A stretch of 64,000 nucleotides of DNA, taken from NCBI GenBank assembly GCA_014729395.1, contig WJJZ01000006.1, forward strand, positions 7,090-71,089. The letters are read 5' to 3'. How positions within the stretch are numbered: the first letter of the stretch is position 1; every line of letters starts with the position of its first letter. The notes under the pieces are model-generated. The model ran no database searches and had not been told where the DNA came from. It was given only the letters and a program-made list of their open reading frames with translations. Source of the DNA: Candidatus Magasanikiibacteriota bacterium. GTDB taxonomy: Bacteria > Patescibacteriota > Patescibacteriia > Magasanikbacterales > UBA922. Positions 9,510 to 20,340 of this stretch are shown here, piece by piece. Position numbers and translations under genes: made by a program.

Positions 9510-10259
9510 ATGGTAAAAGTAGGTATAATTGGTGGATCAGGTTTGGAGGATCCGGATTTGCTAAAAAATATTCGAATTTTAAAAATCAAAACTCAATATG
9601 GGAAACCATCTTCATCTTTAAAAATTGGTAAAATAAATAATGTAGATGTGGTTATGCTTTCGCGGCATGGATCAGGGCATACAATTACACCATCCGGGGT
9701 AAATTACAGAGCAAATATATATGCCTTAAAGCTTCTGGGCTGTACTCATATCATTTCAACAACAGCAGTTGGTTCATTACGTACTAAAATACAAAGAGGT
9801 GATATTGTAATATTGGATCAATTTATTGATTTAACAAGATTCAGGACAATTACTTTTTTTGACAGGTTTAAACCACATAAAGCAAAACATACTCCTATGT
9901 CACAGCCTTTTTCTCCGTCATTAAGAAATTTTTTGATAGAAACAACACAAGAATTAGGAATTAAATTTCATGATAAAGGAACAGTTATAACTATCGAAGG
10001 GCCTAGATTTTCAACAAAGGCTGAGAGTTTAATGTTTCGGCAATGGGGGGCAGATGTTATTAATATGTCAATTGCTCCCGAAGTAATCTTGGCCAATGAA
10101 ATCGGTATTCCATATGCTTCCATTGCCATGAGTACGGATTATGATTGTTGGAAAGAGGGTGAAGATCCTGTGTCTTGGGAAGCTATAGTTGATATTTTTG
10201 AAAAGAACGTGGAAAAGGTTAAAAAAATTTTAATAAATACAATTTCTAAAATTAATTAA
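9510..10259 (+). CDS. mtnP: S-methyl-5'-thioadenosine phosphorylase
   Basis: GIIGGSG, RHG, NYRANI, EGPRFST.AE, NMS, TDYDCW. Confidence 0.92.
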   Translation: MVKVGIIGGSGLEDPDLLKNIRILKIKTQYGKPSSSLKIGKINNVDVVMLSRHGSGHTITPSGVNYRANIYALKLLGCTHIISTTAVGSLRTKIQRGDIVILDQFIDLTRFRTITFFDRFKPHKAKHTPMSQPFSPSLRNFLIETTQELGIKFHDKGTVITIEGPRFSTKAESLMFRQWGADVINMSIAPEVILANEIGIPYASIAMSTDYDCWKEGEDPVSWEAIVDIFEKNVEKVKKILINTISKIN

Positions 10260-10793
10260 ATGAATAAGATAATAAAACAAAAAATAAGGACAATTCCAAA
10301 TTGGCCTAAACAGGGGGTAATGTATAGGGATGTAACGACCTTATTTAAGGATAGGATTGGTTTTAAAATGGTAATAGATACTTTATTTGATAGATATAGA
10401 GAAAGTTCAATTGATTCTGTGGTAGGTATAGAGTCAAGAGGTTTCATTGTAGGTTCTGCAATTGCAGAGAGACTTGGTGTCGGTTTCGTACCAATAAGGA
10501 AATCAGGCAAGTTGCCGGCAGAGACAATCGGTGAAGAATATGAGTTGGAATATGGTAGGGATAAAATAGAAATTCATAAAGATGCAATATCAGAAAAAGA
10601 TACTGTTTTATTAGTTGATGATTTAATTGCAACCGGCGGTACAGCATTAGCGGCATGTTCACTTTTAGAAAGATTAAAAGCTCAGATAAGTGAATGTGTT
10701 TTTATAGTAGACCTACCAACTTTAGGTGGAAGCAAGAAATTATCAGATAAAGGATTTGGGGTTTTTAGTTTAGTTTCTTTTGATGGGGAATAA
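10260..10793 (+). CDS. apt: Adenine phosphoribosyltransferase
   Basis: GIESRGF, RKSGKLP, LEYG, VDDLIATGGT. Confidence 0.95.
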   Translation: MNKIIKQKIRTIPNWPKQGVMYRDVTTLFKDRIGFKMVIDTLFDRYRESSIDSVVGIESRGFIVGSAIAERLGVGFVPIRKSGKLPAETIGEEYELEYGRDKIEIHKDAISEKDTVLLVDDLIATGGTALAACSLLERLKAQISECVFIVDLPTLGGSKKLSDKGFGVFSLVSFDGE

Positions 10794-10808
10794 TAATTAA
10801 TAGTATAT

Positions 10809-11744
10809 ATGAATATTTTGATTACCGGAGGAGCCGGCTTTATCGGTTCTCATTTATGTGAAAGATTATTGACCGAAAAACATAAAATTTTTTGTTTGGA
10901 TAATTTGTTTACAGGTTCAAAAGATAATATAAATCATTTAGAAAATAATCCAAATTTTAAATTCATTGAGCATGATATAATTGAGCCTTTTTTTATTGAT
11001 CAAGATCTTGACCAAGTATATAATTTGGCCTGTCCGGCTTCTCCAATTCATTATCAAGAAAATCCGGTAAGAACCATTAAAGCCAATACTATCGGCGTTA
11101 TTAATATGTTGGGTCTAGCCAGAAAACATAATGCAAGAATATTACAAGCCTCCACTTCCGAAGTTTATGGTGATCCGGAAATTCATCCACAACCGGAGGA
11201 TTATCGTGGAAATGTAAATCAAATTGGACCACGAGCCTGTTATGACGAGGGAAAGCGGGCGGCCGAAGCCTTATTTTTTGACTATCATAGGATGCACGGG
11301 ATGGAAATAAAAGTTGCTCGTATTTTTAACACCTATGGATCCAGAATGGCTTTTGAGGATGGCAGGGTTGTGTCAAATTTTATTTTGCAATCTTTAAAGG
11401 GTGAGAATATTACAATATACGGTAGCGGTGAACAGACAAGAAGTTTTTGTTATATAGATAATTTGGTGGATGGTTTGATAAAAATGATGAATAGTCCAAA
11501 AGAAATTACAGGACCAATAAATTTAGGTAATCCAAATGAATTTACAATAAAACATTTGGCAGAAAGAGTAATTAATTTAACCGGTTCAAAAGCTAAATTA
11601 GTTTATAAGGATCTACCTCAAGACGATCCACAAAAGAGACAGCCAGATATTAACAAAGCCAAGGAATTTTTGGGTTGGTCACCAAAGATTGATTTAGTAG
11701 AAGGTCTTGAGAAGACGATTGAAGATTTTAAAAATAGATTATGA
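10809..11744 (+). CDS. uxs: UDP-glucuronate decarboxylase (UDP-xylose synthase)
   Basis: [37 protein letters not shown]. Confidence 0.9.
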   Translation: MNILITGGAGFIGSHLCERLLTEKHKIFCLDNLFTGSKDNINHLENNPNFKFIEHDIIEPFFIDQDLDQVYNLACPASPIHYQENPVRTIKANTIGVINMLGLARKHNARILQASTSEVYGDPEIHPQPEDYRGNVNQIGPRACYDEGKRAAEALFFDYHRMHGMEIKVARIFNTYGSRMAFEDGRVVSNFILQSLKGENITIYGSGEQTRSFCYIDNLVDGLIKMMNSPKEITGPINLGNPNEFTIKHLAERVINLTGSKAKLVYKDLPQDDPQKRQPDINKAKEFLGWSPKIDLVEGLEKTIEDFKNRL

Positions 11745-12886
11745 ACGGTAAAAAGATTTTAATTTTTTCCACCGCGTATTTTCCTCTTATTGGCGGGGCG
11801 GAGGTAGCAGTAAAAGAGATAACGGATAGAATGAATGGTTATGATTTTGATATGATAACTTGTCGAATGAACAGAAGTTATCCGAAGCAAGAAAAAATTG
11901 GCAATGTCAATGTGGTTCGCATAGGACCGGGCGTACCTTTATTGGATAAAATATATCTGGCATTTTTTGGTCACAGAAAAGCCTTAAAACTGCACAAACA
12001 GAATAACTATTGTTTGGTTTGGTCGATAATGGCGAGTTTCGGTGGTTTTGCCGCTTTGCGTTTCAAAGAGTTAACTAATGTTAAATTTTTGTTAACTTTG
12101 CAAGAAGGTGACTCGATTGATTATATTTTAAAGCGAGTTAGGTTTTTGAAGAAGAGATTCAAACAAATTTTTGTCAAGGCCGACAGCCTTCATGCTATCA
12201 GTAATTATTTGTTGAAATGGGGAAAAGACATGGGTTTTCAAGGAAAGATCGCTAAAGTAATTCCAAATGGGGTGAATGTTGAACAATTCGCAGCTAACAA
12301 TTCGCAGCTATCAGATTACACTGGTCAGACTAGGGCTGAATTAGATATAAACAGCGATGATAAATTAGTTATAACAGTTTCTAGATTGGTAGAAAAGAAT
12401 GGGGTGGGGGATTTGATAAAGGCAATGGAAAAATTACCGGAAAATGTAAAGTTATTGGTGGTGGGGAGTGGTAAACTGGAGCAAGAATTAAAAAATTTGG
12501 CACGGCATTTGAGCTTAGATAAACGTGTTTATTTTTTAGGATTTGTTCGACATGACCAATTGCCAAAATATCTATGGGCGAGTGATGTTTTTTGTCGACC
12601 TAGTCTTTCCGAAGGTCTGGGTAATGTTTTTTTGGAAGCCATGGCAGCAAAAGTTCCGGTAGTGGGCACATTAGTCGGTGGAATTCCGGATTTTTTGGAT
12701 GACGGCGAGACAGGTTTTGTGTGTAAGCCGGGGAATCCGAGGAGTATTGCCGAAGTTATAAAAAAGGTAATTAATTTAGCGCATGAGAAAAAAAAGGAAA
12801 TAGAAAAAAACTCAATTGATCTTGTGCGTAAAAAATATAATTGGGAAGATATTACTAAAAAAATGGAAGAGTTAATGCAGGTTTAA
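11741..12886 (+). CDS. GT4 glycosyltransferase
   Basis: [25 protein letters not shown]. Confidence 0.9.
   Translation: MNGKKILIFSTAYFPLIGGAEVAVKEITDRMNGYDFDMITCRMNRSYPKQEKIGNVNVVRIGPGVPLLDKIYLAFFGHRKALKLHKQNNYCLVWSIMASFGGFAALRFKELTNVKFLLTLQEGDSIDYILKRVRFLKKRFKQIFVKADSLHAISNYLLKWGKDMGFQGKIAKVIPNGVNVEQFAANNSQLSDYTGQTRAELDINSDDKLVITVSRLVEKNGVGDLIKAMEKLPENVKLLVVGSGKLEQELKNLARHLSLDKRVYFLGFVRHDQLPKYLWASDVFCRPSLSEGLGNVFLEAMAAKVPVVGTLVGGIPDFLDDGETGFVCKPGNPRSIAEVIKKVINLAHEKKKEIEKNSIDLVRKKYNWEDITKKMEELMQV
12283..12317. repeat. Heptamer-period tract in GT4 interdomain linker
   Basis: ACAATTC GCAGCTA ACAATTC GCAGCTA TCAGATT. Confidence 0.7.
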
Positions 12887-12981
12887 AAATACCAGCCTCA
12901 GTTTTAATTAATTGCCGGGTTGGCGGTTGGAAACCAACGACAGGTGACATAGTTTACTTTTATTTGTAAAGACAGAATTTT

Positions 12982-14426
12982 ATGAAGAGGGCACTTTTGA
13001 TTAATCCACAGTTTAATATAGCAAAGGAGAATTATGACAGCTCAATTTCAGTTGGGCTTTTGAGTATTGCGTCGTATTTGGATAGTAAAGGGATAGGAGT
13101 AAAAATTGTTGATTGCGTACGCGAGACCAACTATTTAAAAAAAATAAGAAAATATGCCCGCAGTACTGATTATGTCGGGATTTCTGTAATGACAACGCAA
13201 TTGTCAAATGCTTTACGTTTATCAAAGCTTGTAAAAAAAGTTAATCCCTCTTGTAGAGTAGTGTGGGGCGGACCACATGCAACTTTTTTTAAGGAGCAAT
13301 GTGTCGAATCAAAATTTGTAGATATGGTATGTGTAGGAGAAGGCGAAGAGACTTTTTATGAAATTGTAAATGGTGTTGATCCGGAGAAAATTTTAGGAAT
13401 CGTTTATAAAAAAGATGGGGACATAAAAAAAACTTCGGCTCGACCTTTGCACGATCCTACAAAAATGCCTTTGTTTAATTGGGATTTGATCGCACCGGAG
13501 GTTTTATATAATTTAAAACTTGTCCCCACTCTCACTTCAAGAGGCTGCCCCCATATATGTTCTTTTTGTATCAACGCCATCCTTAAATTAAAGTGGCGTC
13601 AGAGAACAGCGGAACAGGTACTTGTGGATTTGGAAGTGATAAAAAGTAAAACATATTTTAAAGGTAAAAAGTTAAGATTTTGGGATGAGAATTTTTTTGT
13701 TGATATTAAGCGCGCCAAAACCATAGTAAAGGGAATGATAGAAAGAAATCTTATCACTCCGTGGGAGACAACAGTCCGCGCCAATTATATACGGGATGGG
13801 ATGATTGATAACGCTTTTTTAAAGGATATTAAACAAAGTGGTTGTTATCTGTTATCATTTGGTGCGGAATCCGGTTGTCCCAGAATTTTAAAAAAATAAA
13901 AAAAATGATTGATCCAAAGGATATCATTAGGTCAGCAAAAATGTGCTTAAAACATGATATTATCCCCCAATATTCTTTTATGATAGGCTTGCCCGGTGAA
14001 GAAAAGAATGAGATGATGGAGACATTGAAATTGATTGATAAATTAGTAAAATTGAGTTCCAAAGTTCAAATTTTAGGCCCACAGGCTTTTAGGCCATACC
14101 CGGGTTCTGAGCTATATGAGGAGTGTGTAATGTCTGGTTGGAAAGCACCGGAAACCCTTTATGAGTGGTCTGATTTGGTTGAAAATGAATTAAATTATTT
14201 GACTGTACAAAATTTCCCCTGGGTTAAACATAAGGATTTTGTGGAATCCATGGAAGCTTATGTAAGATTTGGAGCTCACAATATCAAAAGTGCTTTGGGT
14301 TCAACAGTTAGTAGTAATAAATTATTGAAATTGAGTTTTATTTTGCTATGTAAACTACGCTGGAAATTAAAATTTTTTAATTGGCCAGTTGAATTTAAAT
14401 TAGCTAAAAAGTTTGTTAGTAAATAA
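12982..14426 (+). CDS. B12-binding-domain radical SAM protein split by a -1 frameshift near 13890-13897
   Basis: GG.H and GEGE B12-domain motifs; SRGCPHICSFC; FGAESG. ORFs 12982..13899 and 13842..14426 join as RILKKIKKMID if one A is added; second part has FMIGLPGE and PYPGS. Confidence 0.85.
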
Positions 14427-14431
14427 AAAAT

Positions 14432-15556
14432 ATGAATATTTTAATTTGCACAGGTGTTTATCCGCCTGATATTGGAGGGCCGGCTACATATGTTAAGATT
14501 CTGGAAAGAGAACTGCCTAGACAAGGTTTTGATATAAAAATAGTTACTTATAGTGATAAAAACGAAAGAAATAGTGATAACCTTAAAAAAATATATAGAG
14601 GTAAAAATATACTTTTAAGATATTTTGAATTTTTTTTACAAATAATAAAATCATTGGATTGGTCTGATTTAATTTATGTACAAGGTTCTATGAGCGAGGG
14701 TGTGCCAGCATCGCTAGCTGCCAAACTGAAAAGAAAAAAGTATGTTTTGAAAATTGCCGGTGATCATGCTTGGGAGCAAGGAAGACAACGTTTTGGCGTA
14801 AAAGACTCTCTTGATAATTTTCAGGAAAAGAAATATGGGACAAGAGTCGAAATCATACGTTTTTTACAAAAACAGGTTGCTAAAGGTGCGGGTAGGGTTA
14901 TTGTACCGAGCAAATATTTAAAGAAAATTGTATTAGGTTGGGGGGTTGAAGAGAAAAAAATAGAAGTAGTTTACAATGCAGTAAAATTTACAGATGTAAA
15001 AGTTATGAATAAGCCGGCAAACGAAAGGTGGCTTGTGACAGTTGCGCGCTTAACACCTTGGAAAGGAATTGATACTTTAATTGATCTGATGCCAATTTTA
15101 TTAAAAGAGTTTCCAAATTTAAAGTTGAAGATTATAGGAGATGGCAGTGAATTTGAGAATTTAGAATCTAGAATTTTGAATTTGGGACTTGAAAATTCAG
15201 TAAATCTTTTAGGTAGGTTAGCAAACAAAGAAACTTTAGCATACATTAAATCAGCTGACATGTTTATTCTAAACAGTGCTTATGAGGGTTTGTCGCATGT
15301 AATTTTAGAAGCTTTGAGTCTCGGTACGCCGGTATTAGCCAGTGATGTTGGTGGTAATCCGGAGGTTCTACAGAATGGTAAAATTGGTGAGTTGTTTGGA
15401 TATAATAATAAAGAAGAAATTAAAGAAAAGCTAGTTGAAGCTTTGCGTAGTGGTAGTTTGAGGCAGAGTTTGGATAAAGAGAAAAAAGAGTTTTTAGAAA
15501 ATTTTTCAACCAAGCGTATGATTGATAGAATTTCCACGACCCTTAAACATGTATGA
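14432..15556 (+). CDS. GT4 glycosyltransferase
   Basis: YPPDIGGPA, ARL..WKG, EGLSHVILEA. Confidence 0.9.
   Translation: MNILICTGVYPPDIGGPATYVKILERELPRQGFDIKIVTYSDKNERNSDNLKKIYRGKNILLRYFEFFLQIIKSLDWSDLIYVQGSMSEGVPASLAAKLKRKKYVLKIAGDHAWEQGRQRFGVKDSLDNFQEKKYGTRVEIIRFLQKQVAKGAGRVIVPSKYLKKIVLGWGVEEKKIEVVYNAVKFTDVKVMNKPANERWLVTVARLTPWKGIDTLIDLMPILLKEFPNLKLKIIGDGSEFENLESRILNLGLENSVNLLGRLANKETLAYIKSADMFILNSAYEGLSHVILEALSLGTPVLASDVGGNPEVLQNGKIGELFGYNNKEEIKEKLVEALRSGSLRQSLDKEKKEFLENFSTKRMIDRISTTLKHV
15149..15191. repeat. Heptamer tract (GAATTTN)n inside CDS
   Basis: GAATTTGA GAATTTA GAATCTA GAATTTT GAATTTG GGACTTG. Confidence 0.7.
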
Positions 15557-16626
15557 AAATATTTAGTTTTAGTATTGATAAAAATATATTGGAACCAAAT
15601 TCAATCGTTGCAAAGAGAATGATTTGGTTTGACAATTTTGTTGATAAATACTGTATTATTGTGCCGTCTATAAAAAAAATAAGAGTGAGCCTGTCCTATA
15701 AAATAGAGGTATTTGCTAGTGGTGGTAGATCAAAAATTAGCCAACTTTTTAAAATTTACAAGCTGGCAAACAGGTTACTAAAACAAGAGAACTATGATAT
15801 TATAACCTCTCAAGATAACTATTATATTGGATTTTTAGCTTTAATTTTAGCAAAAAAATTTGATATTGGTTTGGAAATCCAGGTTCACGGTTGGGAAAAG
15901 TATGGAGGGTTAAGAAAAATAATTAGTAATTTTATTTTAAAGAGGGCTAATATTGTACGTACAGTCAGTAAACGTTCAAAAGATAAGCTTGTTAAAGAAA
16001 TTGGCTTAGAGGCTGAAAAGATAGCGGTAATTCCAATTTTTGTAGATACTTCAGATTCTTATGGTTTTGAAAGAGATTATCGTGAAAAAGAAAAAATTAT
16101 TTTTTTGACCGTAAGTAGACTGACTTCTGTAAAAAATATTGGTATGCAAATTGAGGCAATTAAGAAGTTGGTAGAAAATAAATTGCAGGTAGAGTTATGG
16201 ATTGTTGGCAAAGGCGAAGAAGAGAATAACTTAAAGAAAAAAATAGGAGAATTAAAATTAGAGAATTATGTTAAATTACTTGGCTATAAAAATAAGCCGG
16301 AGTTAAATGAAATTTACAAACAAGCTGATTGTTTTTTATTAACTTCACAAAGTGAAGGTTGGGGTATGGTAATTATTGAAGCGGCCGGTTTTGGTCTTCC
16401 AATTATAATGACAGATGTAGGTTGTGCCGGTGAAGTGATTAAAAATGAGATTAGTGGATTGGTAATTCCAGTTAATGACAAAGAGGTATTAAGACAGGCT
16501 ATGAGAAGGTTGGTAGAAGACGTTGAGCTTAGAAAGGGTTTGGGTGTTACTGCTCGAGAAGAGGTTGAAAAATTAGCAGATAGAAAAGAGACCTTAGAAT
16601 TATATTTAGATAATTGGCGTATGTAA
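15553..16626 (+). CDS. GT4 glycosyltransferase
   Basis: SRL..VKN, EGWGMVIIEA. Confidence 0.9.
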   Translation: MKIFSFSIDKNILEPNSIVAKRMIWFDNFVDKYCIIVPSIKKIRVSLSYKIEVFASGGRSKISQLFKIYKLANRLLKQENYDIITSQDNYYIGFLALILAKKFDIGLEIQVHGWEKYGGLRKIISNFILKRANIVRTVSKRSKDKLVKEIGLEAEKIAVIPIFVDTSDSYGFERDYREKEKIIFLTVSRLTSVKNIGMQIEAIKKLVENKLQVELWIVGKGEEENNLKKKIGELKLENYVKLLGYKNKPELNEIYKQADCFLLTSQSEGWGMVIIEAAGFGLPIIMTDVGCAGEVIKNEISGLVIPVNDKEVLRQAMRRLVEDVELRKGLGVTAREEVEKLADRKETLELYLDNWRM

Positions 16627-16676
16627 TTATGCATTCACTAGGTCCTGGTTTGTGTTCCAAGATTAAAATATTTTTT

Positions 16677-17477
16677 ATGAATAAATTTATAATGAATAAG
16701 TTAGTAAAGGCCAAAGCAGAAGCTGAGTCTTTGGCTCATGTTGGCTTATTTTCAAAAACGGATTGTTATTGCTTTTTTATTGGTTACGCGAGGAGTGGTC
16801 ACAGTTTGGTGGCCTCTATCATTGATGCACATCCAAATGCCGTTATAGCTCAAGAATTTCCTGTTGTTGACTATTTAAGACTTGGTTACAATAATCGACA
16901 AATTAAGTACTTAACATTTAAACATGCTAAAAAATTTTACAAAAATGATTATGTTGTTGGTGGGTATAAATATCATATACCAAACCAACATCAAGGTTCT
17001 TTTACTGATATTAGAGTTATAGGTACAAAAAAAGGGGGTAGAAAAAATATTTTTTTTATGAAGGAACCTAATTTGTTAAGTAAAATTCCTGAGAATACAA
17101 AATTCGTACATATAACGAGGAATCCTTATGATATAATGTCAGCGATGATGACTAAGTGGAAAAAGGGTTTTAATTTTCATTTTAATTTGTTTTTTTCAAT
17201 TTGTGATGCAAATTTATTTATCAAACAAAATATTAGTGATAAAAATATACATAATTTGAGACATGAAGATTTTGTTCATGAACCAAAAAGAGAAATTACA
17301 AAGTTATGTGATTTTCTAGGTTTAAAGACGTGCAACAGTTATCTTAACGATTGTGTTTCAATTATAAAAGAAAAACCACATGAAAGGAGATATGAGTTTG
17401 ATTGGAGTAAAGAAATGATCGAAAGAGTTAAAGAAAAAATAGAAGATTATAATTTTTTAAAAGATTATACATTTTGA
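16677..17477 (+). CDS. Sulfotransferase
   Basis: 5'-PSB loop FIGYARSGHS, HP, 3'-PB motif RNPYD..S, HEDFV; start moved to ATG 16677. Confidence 0.8.
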   Translation: MNKFIMNKLVKAKAEAESLAHVGLFSKTDCYCFFIGYARSGHSLVASIIDAHPNAVIAQEFPVVDYLRLGYNNRQIKYLTFKHAKKFYKNDYVVGGYKYHIPNQHQGSFTDIRVIGTKKGGRKNIFFMKEPNLLSKIPENTKFVHITRNPYDIMSAMMTKWKKGFNFHFNLFFSICDANLFIKQNISDKNIHNLRHEDFVHEPKREITKLCDFLGLKTCNSYLNDCVSIIKEKPHERRYEFDWSKEMIERVKEKIEDYNFLKDYTF

Positions 17478-17517
17478 AAAATTTTAGTAAATGAATGTTT
17501 TTGAAGAAAATAGAAAT

Positions 17518-18576
17518 ATGAAATTATTAATCTTGACTCAAAAAGTAGATGCCAATGACCATGGTGTGCTTGGTTTTTTTCATGGTTGGTTAAAAGAGTT
17601 CGCCAAAGATTGTGAGAATGTAATCGTGGTTTGTTTGGAAAAAGGGGAATTTGACTTACCTGAGAATGTAAAGGTTTTAAGTCTGGGTAAAGAAACATGG
17701 GAATCAAAAATTAAATATCTATATAGGTTTTATAAATATATTATTAAATATAGAAAAGATTATGATGCGGTTTTTGTTCACATGAATCAGATATATGTTA
17801 TTTTAGGAGCGTTATTGTGGAAGGCTTGGAAAAAGAAAATTGGTTTGTGGTATGCACATGGTGCAACCCCATTTAGTTTGAAGGTGGCGGAAAAATTGAC
17901 TGATATGATTTTTACACCATCAAAAAAAAGTTTTAGAGTAAAATCAAAAAAATTAAATGTAGTCGGCCATGGTATTGATATGAATAAATATCAATTAAAA
18001 TCTCATAATAAGAAAAGCGAATTATGTGAAATATTAACTGTAGGAAGAATTTCTCCTATTAAAGATTATGAGACTTTAATTAGAGCAATGGAAAAACTCA
18101 GTAAAAAAGAAAGATACAAACATAAAATTATATTGAGAATCGTTGGTTCGCCAATAACAGAGGAACAAAAAAAATATTTTGATAAAATAAAGAAAAAAGT
18201 TAGAGAAAAAGGTTTATCTGACATAATTAAATTCACCGGTGGAGTTAGTTGTAAAGATATTCATAGTGTATATAAAGAATCAGATATTTTTATACATATG
18301 AGTCAGACGGGAAGCTTGGATAAAGCTATGCTTGAGGCAATGGCGACGGGTTTAACGGTTTTATCTTGTAATGATGCAGCCAGGGAGGTTTTTGGCGAAA
18401 ATAATTGCGATTTATTATATAATATGGCTGACTATGAAGACTTGGCGGAGAAGATGCAATATATTATAGACAACCAAGACAGAGATGGTGATTTGGGTGA
18501 AAGCCTTAGGCAGATTGTTGAAAAAAAACATAATTTAATCAACGTTATCAGAAGGATTTGTACAAAACTTAGTTAA
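17518..18576 (+). CDS. GT4 glycosyltransferase
   Basis: GHGID, GRISPIK, GSLDKAMLEA; start at MKLLIL. Confidence 0.88.
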   Translation: MKLLILTQKVDANDHGVLGFFHGWLKEFAKDCENVIVVCLEKGEFDLPENVKVLSLGKETWESKIKYLYRFYKYIIKYRKDYDAVFVHMNQIYVILGALLWKAWKKKIGLWYAHGATPFSLKVAEKLTDMIFTPSKKSFRVKSKKLNVVGHGIDMNKYQLKSHNKKSELCEILTVGRISPIKDYETLIRAMEKLSKKERYKHKIILRIVGSPITEEQKKYFDKIKKKVREKGLSDIIKFTGGVSCKDIHSVYKESDIFIHMSQTGSLDKAMLEAMATGLTVLSCNDAAREVFGENNCDLLYNMADYEDLAEKMQYIIDNQDRDGDLGESLRQIVEKKHNLINVIRRICTKLS

Positions 18577-18591
18577 GTTTATTAACTTATT

Positions 18592-19320
18592 ATGGAATTT
18601 AAAAAAAAAGAAAAAAAATTTTTAATAGTAGGTACCGGTAGAACCGGATCTTCTCTGCTATCTGCAATACTTTTAAAAAGTGGTGCAGATTTTGGCCTGA
18701 GGTCCAAAGATATTTGGGATAGACAAAAGGGCGATTTTGAACACTCGCTTATTCATGAAGCCTATAAATGGCAATCTAGGGTAGAAAAAATAGACCAATC
18801 AATACTGCCGAATTATTTTACAGTTTCTTTTTTTAACAATATTTGTAATAAGAAAATGGAGCAATTATTGACAGAAGTTGATTATGTAAAATCAAGTCAA
18901 TTAGTCTGGTTGGTTCATAGGGCTAAATACAAATTGGGTTTTGAGGTCAAAGTTATTGGAGTTTACAGGAATTTCTCTGATTATGTGATAAGTAGATATA
19001 AGAAATATGGAAGAAGTCTGGATCACTGGAGAAAAGAGTGGTTGGAGGTAAACAAAACACTTTTTTTGCAGGCTCAAATTATTCCTTCTCTGTTATTAAG
19101 TTATGAAGAAATTGTTGGTAGAAATGAAACTAAATGGATAGATAGGTTGGCACTATTTACAAATATAAGCAGAGAAAAATTAAGTTTTGCAGCCAATGAG
19201 ATAGTAGATAAAAAAAGTCACAAGAGAATTATGCAATATAATTTTGAAGATGACGACACCAGAAGAGTCTATAATCGGTTAAAGATGTTTAGTAATAAGT
19301 CCTCTATAGATAATAGATAA
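18592..19320 (+). CDS. Sulfotransferase-family protein
   Basis: VGTGRTGSS, RN......S, YEEI. Confidence 0.7.
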   Translation: MEFKKKEKKFLIVGTGRTGSSLLSAILLKSGADFGLRSKDIWDRQKGDFEHSLIHEAYKWQSRVEKIDQSILPNYFTVSFFNNICNKKMEQLLTEVDYVKSSQLVWLVHRAKYKLGFEVKVIGVYRNFSDYVISRYKKYGRSLDHWRKEWLEVNKTLFLQAQIIPSLLLSYEEIVGRNETKWIDRLALFTNISREKLSFAANEIVDKKSHKRIMQYNFEDDDTRRVYNRLKMFSNKSSIDNR

Positions 19321-19356
19321 TAGATTTGGGATTATATAGACAATATTTTAACATAT

Positions 19357-20232
19357 ATGCCAGTAAATAAATGCAATTTATTTTTTATAGTGGGCTCATA
19401 TCGATCCGGTACAACTTTATTGAGGAATATTTTGAATTTACATGAGGACGTGGCCGTGGTGCCGGAAATGCATTTTTTTGACAATTTGATTGCTAACAGA
19501 AAAAAATATGGTGATATTAAAAAAAGAAAAAATAAGGTTGAGCTTGTGGATAACATATTTTTTAAAATAAAGAATTTTAATATTAGCCGTGGTGATTATT
19601 GGGAGAATATCAATTTGGATCATAAGTTATTAAAAAGTAAAATGTTAGACTGTACTGATTTGCGTGAATTATTTTTTGTTTTAGCCAGTTCTTTGTCAAG
19701 CAAGAATTCTTTCTCTGTTTTGATTGAAAAGACTCCGTATAATGTGTTCTTTTTAGAACAAATTACTGAGTTGTTTCCTGAAGCAGGAATAATACACATA
19801 ATTAGAGATGGACGAGAGGTCTGTGCTTCGGCCTGTAAAAGATGGGGTCTTGATTATTTAGGCCCGGCCACCAGGTGGAAAGATTCTATTAAAAGTTATG
19901 AAAAATATAATAAAAAAAATAAAGATAAGAAGGAAAAATTTATAGAAATTAGATATGAAGATTTAGTAGATGAACCAAAAAATACTATAAATAAAATTTT
20001 TAAATTTATAAATTTGGGATTAAACGAAAGTTTTTTTGAAAGAATGTCTGATCTCCCGTCTACAAGTTCATTTACTAGATATAAAAAAAATTTTGGCCTG
20101 TATAAAAGTAATAATTTTAAAAAATTTTTTTCTGATTCAGAACAGGATATAATTAACTATTTACTATATGAAGAGCTTAAGAAAAAAAATATAAGACCCA
20201 AACAACCAAGATTTATTTTTTTAAAAAGATAA
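19357..20232 (+). CDS. Sulfotransferase (Sulfotransfer_3-like); true end possibly 20339 via -1 frameshift
   Basis: GSYRSGTT, EKTP, IRDGR...S, RYEDLV. Confidence 0.85.
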   Translation: MPVNKCNLFFIVGSYRSGTTLLRNILNLHEDVAVVPEMHFFDNLIANRKKYGDIKKRKNKVELVDNIFFKIKNFNISRGDYWENINLDHKLLKSKMLDCTDLRELFFVLASSLSSKNSFSVLIEKTPYNVFFLEQITELFPEAGIIHIIRDGREVCASACKRWGLDYLGPATRWKDSIKSYEKYNKKNKDKKEKFIEIRYEDLVDEPKNTINKIFKFINLGLNESFFERMSDLPSTSSFTRYKKNFGLYKSNNFKKFFSDSEQDIINYLLYEELKKKNIRPKQPRFIFLKR

Positions 20233-20340
20233 AATTAGAGTTTAGAAGATTGAAATCATTTATTTATATATACTTTCAGAGAATCGGTAGGTTTTATATT
20301 TATAAAAAAATTAGAAAAAAAATAAAAAAATTCTTTTAAC

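Noticed and set aside
12887-12981. Cobalamin riboswitch before the B12 radical SAM gene
   Set aside because: Only 95 nt and no B12-box; just small hairpins (GTTGG-AAA-CCAAC), perhaps a terminator or decayed REP
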